Positions 14,202-24,998 of a stretch of 64,000 nt of DNA are shown here, in pieces (positions within the stretch are counted from its first letter, which is position 1; the number at the start of each line of letters is the position of its first letter). The notes beneath the pieces were generated by a model. It was given only the letters and a program-made list of their open reading frames with translations, did not search any database and was not told where the DNA came from. A program made the translations under genes and the position numbers. Origin of the DNA: Antechinus flavipes (taxonomy: Eukaryota); the NCBI RefSeq assembly GCF_016432865.1, contig NC_067400.1, forward strand, positions 612,870,001-612,934,000, in the 5' to 3' direction.

Positions 14202-14834
14202 AGATAAAGACATGGAGGACTCCAAGAGGGCGAAAGAGGGGCCAGGAACTTTGCCCTGCTGGCCTCTTGGTACTTGTTTCCTAGGAAAGCCCTGGCTCAT
14301 AGGGTGGGGAACATAAGGTAAAGTGGAATATGGAGGCCCCCCTTTGCATCTCTCCCCATTCCCTCCACACTCCTCCTCGGGCCCTGTTGTGATGGGAGCT
14401 GACACACCGTGGGCTGGAGCTGCCGCAGGGGGATTCCCAGACGAAAAGTTTGCCGGGAGCAAGTGGGGGGCTCTGTGTGTGTGTGTGTGTGTCTGTGACG
14501 GAGCAGGCATTCCCACAATTAGAGCTGTAGGCTGACACTGCAGTGGGAGGTTGGAGGTTAGACACCAACAAAGACTACCCACAATCCACAAGCGCCAGGG
14601 CCCAGCCTCTGAGTTCCTGCTGTGTTATGGCACATGCTCCAAGCCTGCTCCCTCCAGTCCTGAGGAGGAGGGGCTGGGTCCCTGGAAGAGGGAGCGAGGT
14701 GAGTCCGCAGGAAGCCCATCACTCCTGGGAAGGGCAGCCGCATTCGAGTGGAGGACAGAGAGACCCTCCCTCCTCCCCACATCTCAAATGCTTCCTCTCC
14801 TTCTCCTCTAGGACCAGTCGCTGAGGTCTCCACC

Positions 14835-17800
14835 ATGGCCCCAGGATCTTCTTCATCATCATCTCCTCCATCTCCAGCCCTGCCCCTCCTTCTCCTCCTG
14901 TGGGCTGGGGCCCCCCCATCCACTGGGCAGCCTTGCCCAGGCCGCTGCATCTGCCAAAATGTATCCCCAACTCTGACCATGCTGTGTGCCAAGACTGGCC
15001 TGCTTTTCGTCCCACCGGCCATCGACCGCCGGGTAGTTGAGTTACGCCTGACCGACAACTTCATCGCCGCCGTGCGCCGCAGGGACTTCGCCAACATGAC
15101 CAGCCTGGTCCACCTCACCCTGTCCCGCAACACCATCGGCCAAGTGGCCCCTGGCGCCTTTGCCGACCTGCGGACCCTGCGCGCCCTCCACCTGGACAGC
15201 AATCGCCTCGGGGAGGTGCGGGGCGACCACCTGCGCGGCCTGGTGAACCTGAGACATCTCATCCTGGGCAACAACCAGATCCGCTGGGTGGAGCCGGCCG
15301 CCTTCGATGCCTTTCTGGGAACCGTGGAAGACCTGGACCTGTCTTACAACAACTTGGAGTCTCTGCCCTGGGAGGCCGTGGGCCAGATGGTCAACCTCAA
15401 CACCCTCACCCTGGACCACAACCTCATCGACCACATCGCCGAGGGCACCTTCGTGCAGCTGCACAAGCTGGTCCGGCTGGACATGACCTCCAACCGGCTG
15501 CACAAGCTGCCCCCCGACGGGCTCTTCCTGCGCGCCCAGGCCTCGGGCCCCAAGCCGCCATCCACGCTGACCGTCAGCTTTGGGGGGAACCCTCTGCACT
15601 GCAACTGTGAGCTCCTCTGGCTGAGGAGGCTGACCCGGGAGGATGACCTGGAGACTTGCGCCACGCCCGAGCACCTGACTGACCGCTACTTCTGGTCCAT
15701 CCCGGAGGAGGAGTTTCTGTGTGAGCCGCCCCTCATCACGCGCCAGGCGGCCGGCCGCGCCCTCGTGGTGGAAGGCCAGGCCGTGAGCCTGCGCTGCAAG
15801 GCGGTGGGCGACCCCGAGCCTGTGGTGCACTGGGTAGCCCCCGATGGGCGGCTGCTGGGCAACTCTAGCCGTACTCGAGTTCGGGGGGACGGGACCCTCG
15901 AAGTGACCATCACCACCCTCCGAGACAGCGGCATCTTCACTTGCATAGCCTCCAATGCGGCCGGGGAGGCCACGGCCCCCGTGGAGGTGTGCGTGGTGCC
16001 TCTGCCGCTCATGGCGCCGCCCCCTGCTGCGCCGCCCCCCCTCAGTGAGCCCGGGTCCTCGGACATTGCCACGCCGGGGCGGCCGGGGGCCAATGAGACT
16101 GGCTCTGTGGGGGCCGAGCGGAGACTGGTGGCCGCGGAGCTGACCTCCAGCTCGGTGGTCATTCGCTGGCCCGCCCAGAGGCCTGTCCCTGGCATCCGCA
16201 TGTATCAGGTGCAGTACAACAGCTCCGCCGATGACTCGCTGGTCTACAGGTGAGTTTGTGGTGAGCTCGCCTCCCTCCCGGGCACCTGGACCCCTTCTTC
16301 CAGCCGGGACTCCAAGTCTCTTTTTCTGTCTCATCAGTTTTCTCTTCCACTCTCTGTCACTCTGTCTCTCCATCTCTGTCTCTCCATTTCTTCCTCTTTC
16401 ACCTGTTTTTCTTTTCTTTTCTTTTTTTTTTTGCTGAGGCAATTGGGGTCACACAGCCAGGAAGTATTAAGTGTCTGTGGCCAGATTTGAGCTCGGGCCC
16501 TCCTGACTTCAGGACTGATGCTCTACCCACTGCACCACCTAGCTGCCCCCTTCCACCTCTGTTTTTCGGTCCCTTTTTCTTCCTTTTGCATTTCTGTCTG
16601 TAGGGCCCTTTGACCCAAACCCTCTTGACTTTCTCCCCTCCCTAGGACTGCCTCCATGTAGTCTCCTGAAGTCTCAGAACAGAAAAGGGACCTGAGTCCC
16701 CTCGGTTTAAGGATACCAAGGGAGGGGAAGGGGCTCTGTGGGTTGTACCAGGCAGACTCCCCAAATGTCTGGAAAGTCCAGCTCTTCTGCCTCTGTCTCT
16801 TCCCATATCCCTGTCATGTTTGGGGTGCAAAAATAAGCCGCCCCTACATCTTCCTCCAGTCCCCTTGGGTCCCAAGAAGGAGAGGATGGGTCTAGTTCCA
16901 GTTCCTTAAAGGAATGATAGAGTAGGGAACCAACCGAAACACTACCTTCCCTCCCACTTATTCCCCCAACACCCCCCCTCCCAGTGCGGCAAGGGTTAAT
17001 TTGTAAGCCTGCCTAGATGGGCTGAGGTCTCACCCAACCAGAAGCCATCTTTTACTCCAGGCTGTAAGCTCCTGACCAATGAGAGCCTCTTGGGCCTGGA
17101 GGGTCTTTAAAGAGCCCGGAGGCCCAATAAGCCCGATTAATCCAGAGAGGATCCCTGAAGTTTGGGGGAGGGAGTTCAGTGGCGATCTGGAGGCTGAGGA
17201 AGACTTTCCTTTTAGAACCTGGACCTAGACGTGGGGGTTAGAGGAGGTCGGGGCTTTTAGGAAAGGTGGGGCGGAGAGAGGGCTGGGGCCTGGGGAGGGG
17301 CGGGGCTTAGGAAGAGCAGTGGGCGGGGTTTCTTGCATTTGACATTTCTTGGAGAGAGGGGGAGGGCCTTGTATTGTGAGAAGGGCGAAGGCTTCTGGGG
17401 CGTGGCGTATGCGGAGGGTGGCTGTTGGGCTAGCTTAGGGTCGACCTTGCTGCCTGGGGGCACGCTTTGGCTTTGGCTTGGAGCGGGAAGCCCCTCAGGC
17501 TAGAATAAAGGAAAGCGTGCTCCTTAATGATAATAACCGCCATAATAATAGTAATGGCCTTTTAATTGCACTTTCAAGTTTGCTAAGTGCTTTTCTTCGT
17601 TAACTCTGTGGAACGTTTTCTTTGGCCTGGACTCTGGGGACCACCACCCGATGCGCCCCCACCTGGTTTAGCATCTCAGATAAGATGAAACAAGGATGCC
17701 CATAATTACCACTATTATTTACCCTTGTGCTAGACATGTTGGCTTTAGCAATAAGAAAAGCAAAGGGAATTAGAAAGGAATTAGGGAAATCTCATAAACC

Positions 17801-19797
17801 GGGCGCTAGGTTTTCTGAGTGAGGCCCCCCCCCGGTGGTTTAGGGGTTAACGGAGTTAAGGGAGGTTCCAGGTTGAGGCTATTTCTGGCCCACAGCAGTG
17901 GGAAAAGGTCAGGGTTTGAGGGGAAGGTGCCAGCGATGGCCACGGTTTCGGATAGCCGGCTGGAGGAGCTGCGGGATGTTGTGGAAAGAATGCTGCGCCT
18001 GGAGGCAGGAAGCCTGGGGTTCAAATCGCTGCCTCGGGCACTTATTACCCTTGTCACGAAATCTCTCGCCTGCTTTTACGCGCGATATATCCTGGGCATG
18101 ATAATACCTGTCCCCACAGGGTGATTGTGGAGGCCTAATGAGATATTGCGCGCAAAGCACTTTGGAAAGGAGCCATAAAGCGCTATATCTCCGAGCTAGG
18201 TGGGAGGCTGGAGAGACACCCCGAGGCCCGACTTAATCTAGCCGCCAGAAGGCTCATTAAGTCCCGGGATTCAGAGCCTGAAGAGTTTAGCCATTTTCTC
18301 CATTTAAGATGTAGGGCTCCAAGGGACCTTAGAGATCCGGGCCCCATTTTTACAGAAGAGGACACTGAGGCACTAGTGGCTGATGTGACAGGTAGTGAGC
18401 TGAGCTCCGGGGATGCAGAGACACGAGACTGTCTCAGCTGGGATTCAGAGGCGTTGGGAAAGCCTTGGAGAAAGTGGGACTTGAGCAGAGACTTGAGGAA
18501 TCGGAATTTGAAACGAGGTCCATAGCTCGAAATCCCGAGAAGGGGGGATCAGGCCTAGGGCTTCCCAGATCGCCTGGCCCGGGGCCAGTTCCGAAAACTA
18601 CCTGGACTAGGGCTTCTGAAACCAGGGGGCGGGGCGTGCGGGGAGGAATCTGGGGGCAGCTCCAGAGGAGGCGGAGTTTAGGGAAGGAGGCCTGGTTGGC
18701 GGGTGGGTGGGGTTTGGTCAAAGGGGCGGGGCCTGCTCAATGACAGCCAAGTGCAGTCTAGACTGGAGAGAAGAGCAGCCGGGGTTTGCTTGAAGGGGTG
18801 GGGCTTCCTGGACGGGAGGGGCGGGTGCTCACTCCCGTTCCCCCGCCCCTCTCTCCCTCTCTCCCGGGACCCCAGGATGATCCCGTCGAGCAGCAAGACG
18901 TTCCTGGTGAACGACCTGGCGGCGGGGCGGGCGTACGACCTGTGCGTGCTGGCCGTGTACGACGACGGAGTGACCGCGCTGACCGCCACGCGCGTCGTGG
19001 GCTGCGTGCAGTTCACCACGGCCGGGGAGGTCACTCCGTGCCGTCCGCTGCACGCTCACTTCCTGGGGGGCACCATGATCATCGTCATCGGCGGCGTCAT
19101 CGTGGCCTCGGTGCTCGTCTTCATCGTCATCCTCATGATCCGCTACAAGGTCTATGCGGGCGGCGACGCCGGCTCTGGCCACAAGGGGGCGCCGCCGCGC
19201 GTCAGCCACGTGTGCTCGCAGACCAATGGTGGCGCCGCGGGCTCCGGCTCGGCCCCGCCCCCGCCCACCGCTCTGGACCAATACGAGGCTCTGCACGAGC
19301 TGGCGCCCGCGCCGTCTGGGCCAGACAAGGAGAAAGTCAAGGTCGAGGCCGAGGGGGCGGTGGCGGCGCAGCCCCCGGCGGGGGAGGCGGAGCGGCTCCC
19401 GGCCCGGCCGCTGGGCGGTGGCGGCTCCTCCACGTCGCTCTGCCTGCTGCCCTCGGGGACCGAGGCAGGGACGACCGGGCCGGAGGAGGATGGGCGGCCG
19501 CAGCTGGGACCCGCGGGCCCGCGGCGAAGCCGCTCGGGGGCTCCCCTGGGGACCTCGGCGCCGGCCTCAGCCCCCGCGCTTCCCCCGGGCCGGACCCCCC
19601 GGCAGCGCTACTCTTTCGACGGGGACTATGGCGCACTCTTCCAGAGCCACAGCTACCCGCGCCGGGCCAAGCGGACAAAGCGCCACCGCTCCACGCCCCA
19701 CCTGCTGGACGAGGACGGGGGCTTGGGTGGCCTGAGCCCCGCGCGGGCCCGCCTCGCCTTCACCAGCACCGAGTGGATGCTGGAGAGCACCGTGTGA
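14835..19797 (+). CDS. LRFN1: Leucine-rich repeat and fibronectin type III domain-containing protein 1 (SALM2), 778 aa
   Basis: join(14835-16249,18876-19797). Signal peptide MAPGSS...[25 protein letters not shown], LRRs, [20 protein letters not shown], Ig domain, FN3 split by the phase-2 intron (VYR|MIPSS), [26 protein letters not shown], cytoplasmic [23 protein letters not shown]-terminal PDZ ligand ESTV. Acceptor of the first coding exon at 14811/14812. Confidence 0.97.
16420..16549 (-). mobile_element. WSINE1/MAR1-like tRNA-derived CORE-SINE
   Basis: Reverse complement begins GGGGCAGCTAGGTGGTGCAGTGG and ends CCCCAATTGCCTCAGC plus poly-A. Similar copies at ~24244-24367(+), 26986-27107(+), 35455-35615(-), 35801-35960(+), 39562-39720(-), 42715-42853(-), 58030-58165(+), 61740-61880(+). 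Confidence 0.85.
17960..18190 (+). mobile_element. MIR-family SINE, CpG-rich
   Basis: GTGGAAAGAATGCTG...CCTGGGGTTCAAATC...ATAATACCT...GTTGTG-like...GAGAT...AAAGCACTTTG architecture of MIR. Confidence 0.6.
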
Positions 19798-22489
19798 GCG
19801 GGAGCCCTGGGACCTCGGCCCGGCCTGGGGCGCCTCCTACTCCCCGGCCGCGGGGAGTGCGTGCCCTCCTCTCCACCCGAGGCACGGACTTCCGGGGGGG
19901 ACACTTCCGCCATCTGGACGCCTGGGACCCGAGGGGAGAAGGGGGATCGGCTGGGGGGAGAGGGGAGGGGAGGGAGCCAAAGGGAAGCCCCGCTCCTTCT
20001 CGGCCCGGCCCCGCCCACGCGCGGGGGAGGGGCTGAGTTGGAGGGGGAGGGGAGTAGCATGGACGCGTCGGGTCTCCTCTCTTCCCCTTTCTACCCCACC
20101 CCGGGTTCTTCACGCGCGCTCCGGGACCTCGCGGGAGCCGGTGCCTTACACAGCGGAGCGCGGGGCGGACACTTAGCAGCACTGAGACACGACACTCCCC
20201 ACCGGGGACTGGTGGATGCAGCCCCGGGAGGCCCTCCGGGGAGGAGGCGCCCACCGGGGCAGGGGAAGGGGGGGTTGCTGGGAGGGGGAGGGGGGCCTAT
20301 TTATTGTATCTGGCTGGACTAGATCTTGTTCTGTCGCGTGTTTCCCCGAATCATGACCCCGTAATCATCCCCCCTCTCCCACTGCCACTCTTTCTCGCTC
20401 TGCTCCCAAGGACCCTCACTCATCCCCTCCCTGACTCCAAGGATCACAGTGTTAGAGCTGGAAGGGGCTTAGACACCCTAGTCTGCTCCCTGCTCCATTG
20501 TACATGCGGGGAAACTCGCCCAGAGAGGGAACGGGATTTGCCTGAGGACACACAGCCAGTTAGTGGCACAGCCGGGCTAGAATCGGGGTCTCCCGATCGC
20601 CAGTCTGTGGCTCTGATCGATGCACCACACTGCCTCCTCTCCCCCCCATCTTTCCCATCTCTCCCTATCACTTCCATCACCCTCATCTGACCCCTGCCCC
20701 CAATCATACCCATCTCTTTGACCTCCCCAACCTGGCTCTCCCTCCTCATCTTCATTCTGGGCTGGTCCTGGCCTCGGACTCAGGGTTTCCCTTTGTAGGC
20801 CTGGAACTAGGACCTACCCCAAACCAAACCAAATCCTCTTCCATCAACACCCCTCCCCCCAGCCGGGGGCTTCCAGTCGCAGCAGAATTAAACTTTTCTG
20901 TGTCTGAGCCCCCGAGTGATGTGTGTGTGGAGTGGGCGGGGAAGGGATTTAGGTTAGAGTTCAGGAAAGGGCAAGAGATGGGGCCCAGAAAGGCAGCAAA
21001 TCCATGGCCGGAGGAGGAGGATGGGAAAACGATCCTATTTGGAAGGGGAAGAGTGATGGGGCTGGGGAGGGGGGAGATGGAAAGAGGAGGTGAGTGGCAG
21101 ACTGAGTAAAGGGGCCAGCAGTATGGGGGTACAGAGCTCCTGGTGGCAGTGGCAAGCTAGTGTTGGATTTGGAGAGCTGGAAGGATCAGCAAAAAGGCAG
21201 AACACAGAAATGGTCAGGGGGGGGGGAGAGGTGTCCTTGGGGACTCAAAACTCCTCCCTACCTGGTCTGGGGATGCATATATGAGGCCCCAGTTTCCTGG
21301 GTTTGCCGGGGGCAGAGCCAGCCCTATGTCCCCTTGGGGCCAAGCAGGCGGGGGATGGAGAGAGACGGAAATAGAAGCAGAGACGTCTTTGAGAGAAGGG
21401 GGGGATGGAAAAGACTGCAGACTGCAGAGGGGGGATGGGAGGCAGGCAGGGAGGCTGAGAAACAAGCAGGGACAGAGACAGTGGAGTGGGGAGAGAGGGA
21501 GAGGGAGAGACGGACCCTGCAGGGGCAGCAGCTTCTCAATAAATGTTCTAGTAATCGATGGGGAGAGAGACAGGCTAAGAATGGAGCCAGAGAGAAAGAG
21601 GGAAGGAGATAGATGAAAAAAAGGAGGAAGACAGCTCCAAGAGAAAGGGAAGCCGGCAGAAACAAAGGTTATTTTGGCCAAGATGAATTCAAAGGAGGCT
21701 TTCACTTGACATAGTAGCTCCTGATGGGCTCTCCCCGGAGCACCCTTAATCATACTTTGGGACGCCCCAAGGTCTTTGCCAACCGGCTCCAGATCTCTGG
21801 AGGCCTCCACTGCAAAGAGGAGGTACTACACCCCCAAGAGAAGCCCACAATGGCAGAAAGAGAGGGGGGTTAGAACCCATCACCTCGAGCTTGGAACAGT
21901 CCTGTGAACTGGGCTCACTTCCATAAGAGGCAGACGACTTGACTTTAAAATCAGAGCATCTTGGCAGGGTTACCAGTTGGGACTTGGAAGCCCCCACACT
22001 TCAGATGGAGGACAAAACTAGGCAAGAGGGGAATGCTGGGAAAAGTGGATTTCCAGGAGGCCGGAGGTCAAGGGCCACTTCTGCCATCAACATTGGCTAA
22101 TTTCTTTCTCATTAGCTTCATCTAACTGGGGAGCTTTTCTCTGGCTCCACAGGTGACTGGGAGACGGGAGCAAACCCCAAGGATTCAGAGAATAAATCTT
22201 GACTCCAATGGCATAAATCTGGGGGTGGATTTTTGCGAAATAGAGGGTTTTGAATGTGTACTGTGTGGATTAACTCTTCATACTTTCCCTACGGAAAGTT
22301 GGAATTAAAGTGAATTTTTGTGTTAACAGCTCACCCTCTCCCCCATTGACTCTGAAACCATTTTCTCCTAAAGAAGCCATCCCCACATTCTGGTCCATTA
22401 TGGACATTGTTTTAAGCCAGTTCTGTGCCCAAACCCAAGCAGTCCAAGGATTCTGAAGTATCGCCAAAAGTGATACTACGCTATGGAGA

Positions 22490-22684
22490 TGATGTGAGGT
22501 TCAGAGGTAAGCACACTGCATTTGAAGTCGGAGGACCTGAGTTCAAATTCTGTCTTTCATCTCATACCAGCTGTGTGACTTTAGGCAAGCCATTTGACCT
22601 CTCTGGGCTTCAGTTTCCTCACCTGTAAAATGAAGGAATTGGACTAGGTAACCCTTCTCGATTGAAATCTAGAATCCTATTATG
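22490..22684 (+). mobile_element. MIR3/MAR-type CORE-SINE whose 3' tail seeds the adjacent minisatellite
   Basis: GGAGGACCTGAGTTCAAAT, CTGTGTGACTTTAGGCAAG and CTCAGTTTCCTCACCTGTAAAATG core, followed by a GGACTAG...CCCTTC...TCTA...ATCCTAT tail. Confidence 0.75.
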
Positions 22685-23125
22685 GAATTGGACTAGGTAG
22701 CCCTTCCAGTCTGAAATCTAGCATCCTGTTGTGGAATTGGACTAGGTGGCCCTTCCAGACTGAAATCTAGAATCCTATTGTGGAACTGGACTAGGTAACC
22801 CTTCCAGATTGAAATCTAGAATCCTATTGTGGAATTGGACTAGGTAACCCTTCCAGATTGAAATCTAGAATCCTATTGTGGAACTGGACTAGGTAACCCT
22901 TCCAGATTGAAATCTAGAATCCTATTGTGGAACTGGACTAGGTAACCCTTCCAGATTGAAATCTAGAATCCTATTGTGGAATTGGACTAGGTAACCCTTC
23001 CAGATTGAAATCTAGAATCCTATTGTGGAACTGGACTAGGTAACCCTTCCAGATTGAAATCTAGAATCCTATTGTGGAATTGGACTAGGTAACCCTTCCA
23101 GATTGAAATCTAGAATCCTATTATG
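22636..23125 (+). repeat. Minisatellite, 10 x 49 bp
   Basis: Unit GAA(T/C)TGGACTAGGTAACCCTTCCAGATTGAAATCTAGAATCCTATTGTG; exactly 490 bp; no spacers. Confidence 0.97.
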
Positions 23126-24789
23126 ACAAAGCCCTTGATTTGGAGTCAGGGAATCCAGACTGGAACCCCAGCACTATTTATGCTTCTGTGTCTGTCTCTG
23201 CACCTGTGAGAGCCCATCCGAAAATTAAACCAATAACAGGACAAGAAGCTTTAGAGGCAGCGTCGGGGAGAGCCGCTCGCAGCCCTTTAAAGACTCCCTC
23301 CCCTCTCAAATTGGATGATCTTCCTTCTCGCCTGCCTAGGGAATAGTGACAGTTGTAGGCCTGCGGGGCCTGCCAGCCTCCTCCCAGCCCCGCCCCCGTC
23401 TTCCCTCCCTCCCCACTCTCCACCTGCGCTGTCATCTGAGTGGCTGTCCCGTAGCCCAGAAGAAAGGCCCCGCCCCCTTGTTTAGTCCCGGGTTGGAGAA
23501 TCCCTTTATCGATGAAACGCAAATGGGTAAAAAGAAAATGACTCACAGGAGGATCAACAGCCAGCTAGGTCACAGGCTGTTGTCACCTGTTAGGTCATTG
23601 GAAAACCCCTGGGAGGGACTTCCCCGTCGCTAGCCCTTCAAGCTCCCTGCCCCCTTCTCTGAAAAGACCCCCGAAATTCAACATCACTCCTCCCTCCTTC
23701 AGTAACGCTGTCACCCCTACCTTGAGACCCTGGGAATCCTCTCTGGAAAATGAGCACAGTTGCTGGTGTCTGTGCTGGCAGGTGGCAGGCAAGGCCCTCA
23801 GAGAGGTCCAGCTGTAAGGTGGGATAGGCATGGGGGGAAAAAGAAGCGATAAAGTGCCTACTATGTGCCAGGCACTTTACTAAATATTTCACAAATAGCT
23901 CATTTGATCCTCACAAAACGCTGCATGATGGATGTTATTATCACCCCATGTTACAATCAAGGAAACTGAGGCACAGAGAGGTACGTTTTGGGGGGGAGGC
24001 AATCAGAGTTAAGTGACTTGCCCAGGGTCACACATCTAATAATTGTCAGAGACAGGATTTGAAGTAAGGTCTTCCTGATTCTAGGCCCATTGAAGATGAG
24101 AGGAAAGAGAAACACAGGAGTAGAGAGCCAAATACAAGGTGGATTGTTGGACTTGGGAGTTTAAGAGACTCCCTTTTAAATCTCCTTTAGAAGTCTTCTG
24201 GAAGGAAGAACGATCCTTGGCTTAAAAAAGAAAGCCCTCTCTGGAGGCAGTTAGGAGGGCCAGTGGCGAAAATGCTGATTCTCCGGCAGGAGGACCTGAC
24301 TTCAAATCGGGTCTGGGACACTTGCTAGCTGTGTGACCCTGGGCAAGTCATTTAACCCTATTGTCTTCTCCTAAAACCCACCTCTCTGTTCCTCAGTTTC
24401 CTTAACAATAAACTGAACCAGTCGGATTCCCTTCCAACTCTATAATCCTTTAATTAGAAAATCACAGCAATAGGACAGAGGACGGGTGGGGGTGGGGTAG
24501 AAGGGAAGAAAGGAACTGCAGGAGAAATAGAGGGGTGGGGGAGAAGAGGACATACACCCAGAGGGCTGGGAGAGAAAAAGTGAAGAGAGGCAGAAAGACA
24601 CAAAGAAACAGAGACTCAATAAGGGAAACCCAAAGAGACAGAAACGGGGTAGAGGAGATGGAGAGGTGAGAGGGGGAGGGGGTCTGACGTAATCCTGGTT
24701 TTGGGTGAGGAAAGCACGGCACGTGCCCGTTTGAAAAGCCAGGGAAGGTCTTGGCAGGCCTGGCCCTCGCTCCTGAGGTCCTCGAGCGC

Positions 24790-24870
24790 TTTTATTGATT
24801 TTCCTTTTTCCCTTTCCCTCTCCGACCGCCCCCTCACCGCTAAAAGATAAAATCCAGCATCATGGGCCCG
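24790..24870 (+). promoter_or_regulatory. Candidate IFNL4 promoter (IRF-like element, TATA-like box)
   Basis: TTTCCCTTTC 24807-24816 (GAAANNGAAA on the minus strand), TAAAAGATAAAA ~24841-24852; kB-like GGGATTTCC at ~25179-25187 in intron 1. Confidence 0.5.
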
Positions 24871-24998
24871 AGCAGAAGCGCAAACGATCCTGGGTATCTC
24901 CAGATCGCACCTCACCCAGGAGGGAAGGAGGCTTCGCGCCGGAGGGCACAAAGGCTGGGAGGGAGCCCCTTTGTCCTCCACTTTAACCCCGATCCACA

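Noticed and set aside
14748-14834. N-terminal extension of LRFN1 from the ORF-track start
   Set aside because: Lies upstream of a strong acceptor at 14811/14812; the signal peptide begins at the Kozak ATG 14835.
15042-16442. 466-aa antisense ORF
   Set aside because: Shadow frame of the GC3-rich LRFN1 coding exon; no independent signature.
22636-23125. CRISPR-like regularly repeated array
   Set aside because: Units are contiguous with no unique spacers, there are no cas genes, the context is eukaryotic, and the unit derives from a SINE tail.
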